Assembly (NCBI GenBank): GCA_040437565.1
Contig: JBDOQK010000052.1
Coordinates: 124,001 to 188,000, forward strand
DNA: 64,000 bases
Direction of reading: 5' to 3'
Source of the DNA: Albugo candida
Taxonomy: Eukaryota
Shown here: one piece after another, positions 40,680 to 52,055 of the stretch
Layout of the letters: each line of letters begins with the position of its first letter
How positions within the stretch are numbered: the stretch's first letter is position 1
Program-made: the position numbers and the translations under genes
The notes under the pieces: generated by a model
What the model was told of the DNA's origin: nothing
The model's input: only the letters and a program-made list of their open reading frames with translations
Databases searched by the model: none

Positions 40680-41379
40680 GCGACGATAATGGCTGGTGGG
40701 GAGCCTACATATATCTCATACGACTTCGAATGAGAAGCGTATTACAGGCCGATCGAAAACGTCTTCGGGAAAGTGCTGAGCATACCTCCACCTTTGCCGC
40801 TTTTTTCCTTCCCACCTGAGACTCGGCAACCTCGCACTGGAACAAGCACCCGTCCGGTACATTTGCCGATCCATCGACATCCCACCACACTTCCATCGGC
40901 GACAGCTCCAACCGAAGCGTCCGAATTCCGCTCAGGTAAGCACCCCGTCGAACCGATTCTTTTGGAGCATTTTATCGCAACGGAGGAAGAAGTTCACATC
41001 ACTCTCATACATGTTTACGAATATAAACAAGCGCTCATCCAATCTCAATCGAAGGCTCCAGCCGATACGCTCCATTTCGACTTCTNNNNNNNNNNNNNNN
41101 NNNNNNNNNNNNNNNNNNNNNNNNNNNNNNNNNNNNNNNNNNNNNNNNNNNNNNNNNNNNNNNNNNNNNNNNNNNNNNNNNNNNNTCCGCTCAGGTAAGC
41201 ACCCCGTCGAACCGATTCTTTTGGAGCATTTTATCGCAACGGAGGAAGAAGTTCACATCACTCTCATACATGTTTACGAATATAAACAAGCGCTCATCCA
41301 ATCTCAATCGAAGGCTCCAGCCGATACGCTCCATTTCGACTTCTCTTCAAAAAGTGGAATCCTCCTTCCGGTCTATCGC

Positions 41380-42366
41380 GTGATACGTCAAAGCCAAGGC
41401 ACGGCTCCGATCCCCCGAATTCGAGCTGATAGCTGTTGGTAGTGATAGCCGCCGTGAGAATGGCGACAATTGGTTTGGCGTATGGTGATAGTATGGATGT
41501 TAATTGGCCCACACNNNNNNNNNNNNNNNNNNNNNNNNNNNNNNNNNNNNNNNNNNNNNNNNNNNNNNNNNNNNNNNNNNNNNNNNNNNNNNNNNNNNNN
41601 NNNNNNNNNNNNNNCTCTTCAAAAAGTGGAATCCTCCTTCCGGTCTATCGCGTGATACGTCAAAGCCAAGGCACGGCTCCGATCCCCCGAATTCGAGCTG
41701 ATAGCTGTTGGTAGTGATAGCCGCCGTGAGAATGGCGACAATTGGTTTGGCGTATGGTGATAGTATGGATGTTAATTGGCCCACACAAGTGAATTCAAAA
41801 GCCAATGAAAGATATCGATACCGAAATGAGATAATTGCGAGATACGTTTGCATGATGTGGCCATAGTGCTGTAATTAAAGGATTAGTTGTGGTCAACACA
41901 TGTAATTGATCTATTACATGAAGGATACATTCGGATAATGTGACACGGTCGCAAAGAATTCGACGAGTGCGTCAGCCCATAGACTATGAACGGAGAGATT
42001 ACTGGGAAATGGGACAATAGATACGATCGTAACGCCAAGATGAGGATCGACAAGCAGCTGGATAAGGTGTATCCGATGATTCCCCATGCGCCTGCATAAC
42101 ACCAATTTCTGGGAAGGAGGATAGCGTCCACGAGCCCATTTCAGCAGCGAATAGACACCATGCTAGTGATATGGATCTTTGTGTGTCTTTCGCACTGAAA
42201 AGAAAAAGAATTGAGTTTTGAATTGGGAAATGGGATGCACAATCAATCACCCTAGTAAAGCGTGGGCGGACTGGATATTGGATCGATGGGAAGAATATAT
42301 CGCGTAAGATGCAACGACCAGCAGTGTTGCCAGTGCGATTGCGTATGTGGCGGCAGCCGCCAGCAT
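41380..42366 (-). pseudogene. Sodium:solute symporter (SSS; DUR3/DUR31-like) pseudogene fragment
   Basis: From ATG 42366: MLAAAATYAIALATLLVVASYAI...[intron]...GAKDTQRSISLAWCLFAAEMGSWTLSSFPEIGV, a frameshift to AGAWGIIGYTLSSCLSILILAL, then MQTYLAIISF...AFEFTCVGQL...AILTAAITTNSY..GG. No further TM helices are evident. Confidence 0.55.
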
Positions 42367-42799
42367 TATTAATTAAGTACGCAGTTGCAATTACTAATAG
42401 TAGAGGACAGGCAGAACTCTAGTCAGGAGACAATTCATTGGTGAACTGTGTGACGATGGAAGAAGGGATTGTTGGAAAATCGTCACGATGCAGCTCGTGA
42501 TTCATTAGAATTAGGATTGAACATATCCTTTAATTCGAAAGGCGATGTGTAAATGCATTGTTACAAATTATACTCTCTCATATATATGCTCGTTCTATAC
42601 TCTATATTATCATATCATATCATCCTAATCAATCAAAAGCCAAATGTGAATCCGTGCTACTTGTGCCGATCGCAAATGCCTGTACGGGTGAGGACAGATG
42701 ACTATGATCCATCGAGTCCATCTGTCAGTTTTTCTCGAAAAAATTCATTGTTTTCTCCATGTCATTCAAATGCAAAAGTAAGGAGCAGGAAATCTCATG

Positions 42800-43865
42800 T
42801 CCAAATCTTTTGCGCGATAAAATCTCGTTTCACGCCGATACGAACGATTTGATAATCAGAAGACTGCACGGATCTGTATCAGTTTGCATAAGCAAAGTGT
42901 ATCTTGCTGTTTCAAACTAGAGGACCAGATGTCAACACTAAGACCGGAGACTAGCTATTGATCATAAGCGGGGCTATCCAAGCAATATGGATTTTTTTAT
43001 CCAAGTCGCTGCTTTATGCAGTCTCCACGTTTCTCACGAGCTATATAGCAATTTCTGGCATCCAAGTATTCCACATTTACCAGCTGGCAATCGAATTTCT
43101 TGTACATGTTTGCAGCTTTCGTCTTGGTCCAACGTGTCTTATTCGAATGCCAACATCGGTAGGTATTAGTCTCGATCCCGATTTACCGCTTCAAACACAC
43201 TGATTAGTGTAGAAGGACTGTACAAGCTTGAGACAGCCATCATCAATGACGCTGAGACGCAGATACGTGATGGAACAAACGCATTTTCTTCGGATTGCTG
43301 ATTTAATTGAATCGTATATCGGCTTCCTTCCATCTTGATCCTGAAAATTTCATGCCCACTAAATGATGCGGTGAAGTACGAATTCTAAATTACAAAAGTT
43401 GCCGTTTATGTGTTTCTCCAGGTTATGCGACCACGTGGAATTTACATTTACACCGCACCTTTACTACGACTATATTGAAAAACATGGGTTTCTCCACCCA
43501 CTAAGTGAGTATAAAGTACGATTCTATTATCACGAAAGGTAGCAGCATATCACCTTATACAGGGAGGCACTTGCTACCAAAGTTCTGTTTGCATTCCAAT
43601 CGCATGGTAATACTAGGGGTCCGCTTCCATACCCGCAAAGTAGATATAAAGTACAAATCATACATGCCAGCGTATTAATTCTAACGAGGCGTAGCATTCT
43701 ACCGGATTTCTGCGCAACGTTGTCGCCATATCCAAATCCTAAATGTGCGGTTCGATGCCCACGAAGTCCGTATGAAGTACCATTTTGAATTTCAAACGTT
43801 GCCAGTTTTATAAAGTTGTTCGAGTGGAGTCTACCCTACCGGAAGCGTGCCCATTACTGTGCCTG
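42800..43865. repeat. Duplicated upstream block, copy B (homologous to ~34920-36270)
   Basis: Same collinear words as copy A, lying directly upstream of paralog 3. Confidence 0.85.
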
Positions 43866-43879
43866 ATGTAACACAAGAA

Positions 43880-44906
43880 ATGAAACATCACCATTTGAAA
43901 GCGTATGGACTTGCTATGATTGGAGTATTCAACGTGTATGCCCCTTTCTTGAGTGGGAAGTTTGTGGAAATGGTCGTGGCATTACCGACTATAGGTGGGA
44001 TCACGGATAGTAAGAAAACAGGGTTGGCAGTTACAATGTCGCCTCCTTTAGAGTTTACGGCTGATGGACTTCTAAGAAATCCACAGAGCGCTGTAGTTGA
44101 CTACTATGACATGAAGCTGGCCTTGCTTGACCACCGTGATAGATCAAACCCTGATCCTGTAAGAAAAACCAAAAAATCCGCTCTGCATCCTATCAACGCC
44201 AACAAAGTATGTTATGGAAAGACAAGGCTGAACGACTTTGACTATTCTACAGGCTGGATGCTAACTTGGGATTATTTGGTGAAATTAACGGAGACCGGGA
44301 AGTTATACCATTTTCCGACGACGAGTATGGACGTCGATTTCTACATGAGCGAATATAGTGGGACCTACGACGTACGTAATTATTTCAATTCCGAAACTTT
44401 TATCGGCTTGAGTCAATATTCCACAGAGGGAGATCCATCTATGGAGATTGAAGCATCAAAACTTTCTTTTGTGGTTTCAAATCTCTTTTTTTTTTAAAAG
44501 ATTTCATTATCGTCAGAACGTACAACTTCGGCTTGGTGATGAAGCCACGAAAGTACCCCCTTCTATCTTTAAAGAAATCGGTGATAAGATACCTGACTCT
44601 AAAATTGGTAGCGATGGTAGGTATCATGGACATTGCACAGAACTCATTGAAGCCCTTGAATGGACTTCTCTTCTCAACTTAACTATAAAGGTTGAAGTTG
44701 AAATAAAAGAGTCGAGCCTAGATATATTGGCGAAACACTTGATCGTCAAAAAAAGCGCGGATTCTAATGAGTGTACTCTCCTCATCGAAGATTCGCAAGA
44801 AGAAAATCTGTGGACGCTGGGGTATTCATTTCTAGATGTTTATGGCGTGTCAATAGACACAAAAGACGCACAAGACAAACCACAGTTGCTCAAATTCTAT
44901 CTCAGG
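43880..44906 (+). pseudogene. Pepsin-fold-like protein paralog 3, frameshifted at a T10 run; 3' end in gap
   Basis: MKHHHLKAYGLAMIGVFNV..., GLAVTMSPPLEFTADG, then a frame change at T10 (44486-44495) to LRLGDEATKVPPSIFKEIG...CTLLIEDSQEENLWTLGYSFLDVYGVSID. A T9 run would restore a single ORF. Confidence 0.72.
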
Positions 44907-45315
44907 NNNNNNNNNNNNNNNNNNNNNNNNNNNNNNNNNNNNNNNNNNNNNNNNNNNNNNNNNNNNNNNNNNNNNNNNNNNNNNNNNNNNNNNNNNNNNN
45001 NNNNNNTAACCAATCACTAGCTTCAATATTCACACTTTGCAAAAGTATTACGATAGCAGCGTCGGATGCCTTGCTGCTTTGCTGCACCCACGAAAAAGCA
45101 ATGTTGAGTGCTACACGACACGATCTTGCTCGTACGAATGCTCCACCCTGTCAGGAACACAATAACGAGAGCTGTACATCTCTGTAAGACCGAATAGAGC
45201 GAATCCAAAAACTACCTTTCGACTTGACAGCCTGCAGACCTTGCATGCGAAAACTGCTGAGTCAGCTCCAGACGAATCTCAGTACATTCCATTGATTCAC
45301 AGCTTTGTCGACGAT

Positions 45316-47988
45316 TTACGTGTCTCGAAAAAGATCTCTTTCCAGTACGAGTGAATCAGGCGAGTCGATTGGAGGGATCCGAGCGTCGATGGGTGACGTA
45401 TTACGCGACTCGGTTTTTGAGCTCATAAAGCCCGGTGGAGGACGAGGAGTGCGAGACGCTGATGGACCAATTGTACTGAAAAGACCGCTTGAGCCAGTCG
45501 ATCCATTGAATAAAGAATTCAAGCTTGATTCTTTCTGCTGAAATGTTGACGTATGCCGCTCAATGGCCGCTAAATCATCCATTGGATCACTGACTGGGGT
45601 GCTGATGGCCTTGATTTCGCTGCTGTTCAACATACGATCTCGATCGGAATCATTCAAAAGCAGAGAACCCACTATTTTGGAGTCGCCCCACTTGCTATTG
45701 TCCAACGGAGTTGTAGTAGAAAGGTTTTCGAAATTTCCAAACGAGTGAAAGTTGCTCAAATTCATCGCACCATTTGAGGAGGTCAATCCTCCCGGATTAT
45801 TGGTTCCACCACGGAATCGACTGAATGAAGACGTGGAAGCTGTGGAACCGGAGGAATGCGTTGCGCTGCCAACACAAAGCGATGAGAAGGGGTCCGTGCA
45901 CGCATCGTTGCTCACAAATGAAGCCATCATACGACTGGAATTGTCGTGATCTGTCCCTGGAGATGCTAATGGTGCTGATTGGGGACTCCGGGCTGCTGGT
46001 TGGAACACAATCACTTCGTCTTCCAGGTCCTCTTCACTACGCCCAACCAATGACCTCGAAGGACTGAGATCTGCTTCAAATGAAGATACTGCGGTTTTCG
46101 CGCTCACATTCTCATTGAACATACTCAAAACATTCGCAGGAAGTACTGGAGCCATACTCTCGTTGCTGTTTGAATCGGCCGTTGAGATGTTTGAGGCCAC
46201 AAGTGCTGGAGATACCAGAAACACGCCATTATTGGAATACAACAATGGATTGCCTTCGTATTCTTCACACAAAAAAGTCCCAAATTTGTACAAGTTCCAT
46301 GCACGGATTTTGAACGCTTCTTTATCGGACAAATATGCAACTGGGCGTGGTGATGAGGCTCGATCACGCTGAGGACTCGACTCGTCAAGCTTCCAATGTT
46401 CGGAGGATGGATCATACAACTTTGTGAGTGGCAAGAAGCCTCGCAGTTCCACGTTCTCCTTCAGCTGAAACAGCTTTGGATGCAAGGAAGCATTGTCATA
46501 CACTTTAAGCTTGGAATTGTTGATGAGTATCGCTAACGTTTCGAAAAATCGCTTGATAACATTTCCAGCTGTGACATCTCGTTGTCCGGATTCCGAATTC
46601 ATAATCATCTCCATCTTGTCCAAAATCACAGGATTGGATTTGAGATAATCACAGAAAACACTCATTGGGCCCAAAAGTCGTAGTGAAGAAATGAAATTCT
46701 CATTCGTGAGTTTTTCGACTTCATTGCTTATATATTCCGCTACACATGTCATTAGCGATATCGACAAACGTAAAGCATCGGTTGCGGTCTTTGAGCCTGT
46801 GGACTTGACGATGCTAAAAATGTTGATGACCACAATTTTGAGCAGGAGCGCCTCGCCGATCATACGAACTTCCAGTAAAGGCTTGAGATCTTTGACTAGA
46901 ATAGACTCCATCTCTCTCGAGTAAGATATTTTTGGTACGCTGCTGGTTGTCGAGCTGATAGTATTCTGCACTTGGCCAGTGGCACTTGTGTATAAACAGC
47001 CATGTAGCCGTGTCAATCGATGTAAGAAGCTCTTGAGATATGGGAATTTCTCGTTCGCAGATAGATTCATGGTCAATCGGGTTATAGATGGAGGTGCTAA
47101 AGGCTGTTGCCGACTTCGTTCAAATAACAGCACCAAGTTTTCTTCAGCCGTTGAGAATGGATTCGCAATGAGAAGACTTCGACAGTATCGATAGACAGCA
47201 ACAGTCTCTGCATCCACATACGTCGCGAGCACAGCGAGCTGATTGTGTGGATTACCGTTTTCTGGTATAACGCGTAACGCATCGTGATAGAACCTTTCTG
47301 CAGTAGCAAAGTTTTTCTTTGCATTTCGACTATGTAATTCGCGGTATCGAGCCAAATCTCCAAGAAAAATGAGACAGCGATACAGACTTTGCCGGCAATT
47401 GACATTCGAACATGTGATGGCTTCACGCTGACTGGCATTAGCTTCACCAAGTAAGATGTGCTCCGATGTTTCAGAACCTTTTCGACCATCCGCTCGACTT
47501 TGGGCGTACTGTTGGAAAGCATCAGAAAAAGACTGATAGTAGTGACTTGCTCGACTCAAAAAGTCTTGAAATTCGACAGACACACGAGTGAATCGATCCC
47601 TCGCACTTCGTTCTGTCGTTGATGCTGCAGCGTACTATCACAAAGAATCAATCGCATTATATCGCTAACCAGCAAACTTCCGTCTTACCTGCCGAATTTG
47701 GACTCGAAATTCTTCAATACGCTTATAGAAGCAGGGTTTCCACATCATCTGCTCGATTTCTTTAGAAGATGCGAATTCCGGGTCCAAAAGCACGAGAGAA
47801 GTGCTTTTTGCCATCAAATGTGCGCGTAACATCGCAATTTTCTCCATATTGGAAGGATCATTTCGTACCAAGTCACGTAAACTCTTTTCTGATTCAACAA
47901 TGTCTCTGGAAAAGACAGAAAAAAGTGATGAAATCTCAGACTGAAAGAACAAATCGTACCGAAACAGTCGGGAGGGATGAATTGTCAT
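45316..47988 (-). CDS. SMG7: SMG7/EST1-family nonsense-mediated decay factor (multi-exon)
   Basis: EQMMWKPCFYKRIEEFR, YRCLIFLGDLARYRE, PENGNPHNQLAVLA, AVYRYCRSLLIANPFSTAEENL, then a low-complexity C-terminus with EDEVIVFQP and PPPGF. No PIN domain. Confidence 0.85.
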
Positions 47989-48459
47989 TCCGTTAAGTAT
48001 CGATAGCGTTTTTTTTGGAATGTTTCCTATTACGTTGTTCCTTTCGTACCTTATTGAGTCAAGTAAGATAGTTCTGTATAGCTTCCCAAGACGATTCCGG
48101 CTTTGTGATTCTCAGCTCAATTTCATTCCGTGATTCAGATTTCAATTGGGTAGAAAGAACACCACGGTCGCGCTGATAGAATAGGTTCGTTTAGAAGGTA
48201 GTCTCGTTTGCGTGTGCGGGGTATCGCTGCGTCAATTCCTCTCTTTTCGCGTGAACGAATGTGCGCCGGTGGTTTCTTCGCAATTTCCTGTTGTTTTTGA
48301 CGTTGTTGTCGGACTGTCCTATTTGTCGATAACGTANNNNNNNNNNNNNNNNNNNNNNNNNNNNNNNNNNNNNNNNNNNNNNNNNNNNNNNNNNNNNNNN
48401 NNNNNNNNNNNNNNNNNNNNNNNNNNNNNNNNNNNNCTAAATTCTAGCAGCTTTTTGGA

Positions 48460-50576
48460 ATGCGCTTTCCTAGAATCGAAGTCAACGATCAATTTGACGC
48501 GAAATTACAGCTAATTGAAAGGAGGAGATGTGGATTTGAAAACTGGAATGCAATGAGTGGAATGAGTGGAATCGATGTAAATTGGAATCAATTTCCATCG
48601 CAACACAGTGAAAACGAACGAAGCACGTCTTTGAATAGCAATTCCGAGCAAGAAATCTTTCAAACGAAAGCGTCAGACGCTGATTTTTCGGTGGAAAATG
48701 GAAGTTTCGACTACAAAAATGGGACGATAGGATGTCAGTGCGATCGTAATCCGACAAAGCGGTCTCAGACCGAAGAAAATGGGGGCGAAGAAGCGCACTC
48801 TCCATCAATGCGATCTTTCCAGCAGTATAACCCGAATTTTCAGCTCACAGTAGAGGTCATCGAGATAATTCGAGTATTCTTTGATTATTTGAATGGCGAA
48901 CAGAGAGGATGGATCATATTTGACGATATTCTGCATGAATTGGAGCTATTGGATCCGTTAAATCAGCTCGTTCCAAAAGATATACGACACACAATGCATG
49001 AAAAGTGGCTTCAGGCAGCTCAACGATATGATGAATCTTCAGATTCCACATATAATACGACCAAAGAAAAACCACCGGAAGCATTGGATTTCGAAGCCTT
49101 TTGCACTTGGGTCATGTTGGTGAGAGAAATCAGTCCATCGTTGTTACAGGCGGTATATGCCTCATGGGCGAAAGAAATTGCAATTGTGGACTTTGGATTG
49201 CCGCAGGAAGAAGATGGATTGTTTGTGTTACGATCACCTGTGAACTCAGTACTCTCCTCTGGTCACCCAGCATCCGGGCTTTTTGCTTCCATTACTGGCA
49301 GAATGCCTCAAGGAGATAGACATACTTTGCCAAATAAAACTCCTTTTGGAGAACATACAACAGAGAGTCTTCATGTGGATCCTATAGACTTGTCTCGGCT
49401 CCACCCAATTGATTCGCATGCTTCTTCCAAGATAGAAGTAGCACCGTCAGAGGCTTGCCCTTTGAAACACAACAACGCAATTATCACGATGTCAAAATCT
49501 TTTGTAGCCGGGGGAAGTGCTGGAATCATCGCCAAATCGCTTTTAGCTCCTGCAGATCGCGTGAAGATAATATTTCAAGTCAGTGAGGACACAAAATTCA
49601 CTTTCCGAAATGCATTCAACTTAGGAAAAAGAATATACGCTCAGGACGGATTTCGAGCCTTATTCCGTGGAAACCTTTTGAATATCATGCGTGTGGTGCC
49701 TTATGCAGGTGTGCAACACTCCAGTTTCGATTTATTTCGACGCAAATTCCATGCTCATAACACAAAGCATTATGGTATGCATTCCGACTCCAAATTGAGC
49801 AATTGGCAGCTAGCTGCAGCTGGGTCTTTATCTGGAGGCTTATCATTGATGATAGCGTACCCGCTTGATATTATTCGAGCGCGTTATGCTGTCCAACAAG
49901 GTATGCATCAGTATCGGAGCCTATTCGAAGCAATAGAGGCAATGTACAAAGCGGACGGACTTCGATCTTTCACGCGAGGGATGGTTCCGTCCTTATTGGG
50001 TACGCTACCATACACTGGCATCGGCTTCTCGCTCAATGAAAAGTTCAAAACCTGGGTAAGCTCACACCCATGGGAAGCGTATTGATAAGCGTCACACTAT
50101 GTCGCGATAGGTCCACGATTTCCAGTCGAGAGCCCGGAAAGACCCACAGCCTCCGCTGCATCCAATGTACAAATTTGCGTGCTCCTACGTGGCGGCCTGT
50201 GTGGCTCAAACATGTACGTCAGAGATTTCGATGCGGGCGCGTATCTATGACTGACGATGTGATCCAGGCACTTATCCGATGGACACGATACGGAGGCGAA
50301 TACAAACGGATGGATACCTGCAAAGTACTTCACAGCGTCAACAAGCTCGATATACCGGCGTCATTACAAGCGCTCGACTGATTATGGAGCGTGAAGGATG
50401 GAGAGGGTTTTTCAAAGGAGTATCGGTCAATTGGCTCAGAGTACGTGCGATGAACTCGCTAACAGCAAATGGCCTACTGACGCGCTCTTTTGTATCAGAG
50501 TCCATTGGCGACTGGCATTAGCCTCACAGCGTACGACTTGCTCAAGGAAGTGATGGGCGTTGAGAAGGTTGCGTGA
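48460..50576 (+). CDS. Mitochondrial carrier (SLC25; SLC25A42/A16 CoA-carrier-like) with long N-terminal extension (multi-exon)
   Basis: Three carrier signatures PADRVK, YPLDIIRAR and YPMDTIRRRIQ, plus FRGNLLNIMRVVPYAG and EGWRGFFKG. Start uncertain because of the upstream gap. Confidence 0.9.
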
Positions 50577-50836
50577 TGGACAGGCATGAACGACTCATGT
50601 TTGTACACGCTTTGGTCAGTGTGAATCTCTCCGCTGTGTCAGAAGTATTGGCAGAATCGATCAATGACGGCAGATGGCTGATACATTGTCGTATGCGCTT
50701 CCATGACAATTTGTATCATACGATTGTTTTGCGAACAATTGGGACGTTGTTGACGTTAAAGAAAGTATCGTGTTGTGGTGTGATGGCGACAGATAAATTC
50801 AAATGAAATTGGTGTAAACTTTGCGTTAGGTTGTAC

Positions 50837-51912
50837 TTAACCGTAGTACGCAGGTGGAGGTGGCGGAATGGCATTCTGAGCGAATTGTGGCGGTTGCATG
50901 CCTCCATACCCTGCTACTGACACTGGTGGAGGTGGTACCATACCCATGGCAGCCATGTTCGATTGCATAGTTCCAGGCTGAGCCATGTATCCCATATGAT
51001 GCGAAGATGGCTGCATTCCAAGCATTNNNNNNNNNNNNNNNNNNNNNNNNNNNNNNNNNNNNNNNNNNNNNNNNNNNNNNNNNNNNNNNNNNNNNNNNNN
51101 NNNNNNNNNNNNNNNNNNNNNNNNNNTTGCATGCCTCCATACCCTGCTACTGACACTGGTGGAGGTGGTACCATACCCATGGCAGCCATGTTCGATTGCA
51201 TAGTTCCAGGCTGAGCCATGTATCCCATATGATGCGAAGATGGCTGCATTCCAAGCATTCCATTCATTGCGTCCGGCATCGCAAATGCGAAGCGCGTGTG
51301 TGGTTTCAATTTATTTGGATTACTTTGCGCCAGCAGCCGTTCTGCCTGTGACCCATGACGTTCATTATTACTATCTTTTTTGAAGGCATACTGAACCACA
51401 ATCTGTCGATTACACAAATATTGAGCATTCATACACTCAATTGCCAAATCGGAAGCTTCGAACGCATCGTAACTGATAAATCCGAATCCGCGCGAGTGTT
51501 TTGTGTCTGGATCTCGCATGATTTTCGGCGTTTCGATAATGCCACCAAACGCTGAAAATGTGTCATACAAAAGCTTTTCGTCGACTTCGGGGTCTAAATT
51601 GCCGATAAAAAGATTGGCTCCGATATCGAGCGTTTTCTTATCTTGACTTGCTTTTTTCACGCGAATTGGCTTTCCGTATACTTGAATCATATTCATAATC
51701 TTGATCGCATATTCTGCACATTCTTCAGTGCGAAATTCAACAAAGCCGTAGTTTTGATGCGTTGTTGTCACTTTGTCGCGTGGCATATGAACGTTGACAA
51801 CAGATCCTGCCTGCAACATCAGCTCCCAAAGCAGTTCTTCAGACACTTTATCGTCCAAATTACCGATGTAAACAGTGGCATCTTGATTCCGCTGCTCGAT
51901 TGCTGCCGACAT
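50837..51912 (-). CDS. SF3B4: Splicing factor 3B subunit 4 (Hsh49/SAP49); 3' part duplicated across a gap
   Basis: [15 protein letters not shown]...[21 protein letters not shown]...[25 protein letters not shown]...[12 protein letters not shown], followed by a Pro-rich tail. Confidence 0.97.
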
Positions 51913-52055
51913 GTTTGTGGCTTTTTACNNNNNNNNNNNNNNNNNNNNNNNNNNNNNNNNNNNNNNNNNNNNNNNNNNNNNNNNNNNNNNNNNNNNNNNN
52001 NNNNNNNNNNNNNNNNNNNNNNNNNNNNGATACTTTTCGAATATAACATTATTGA

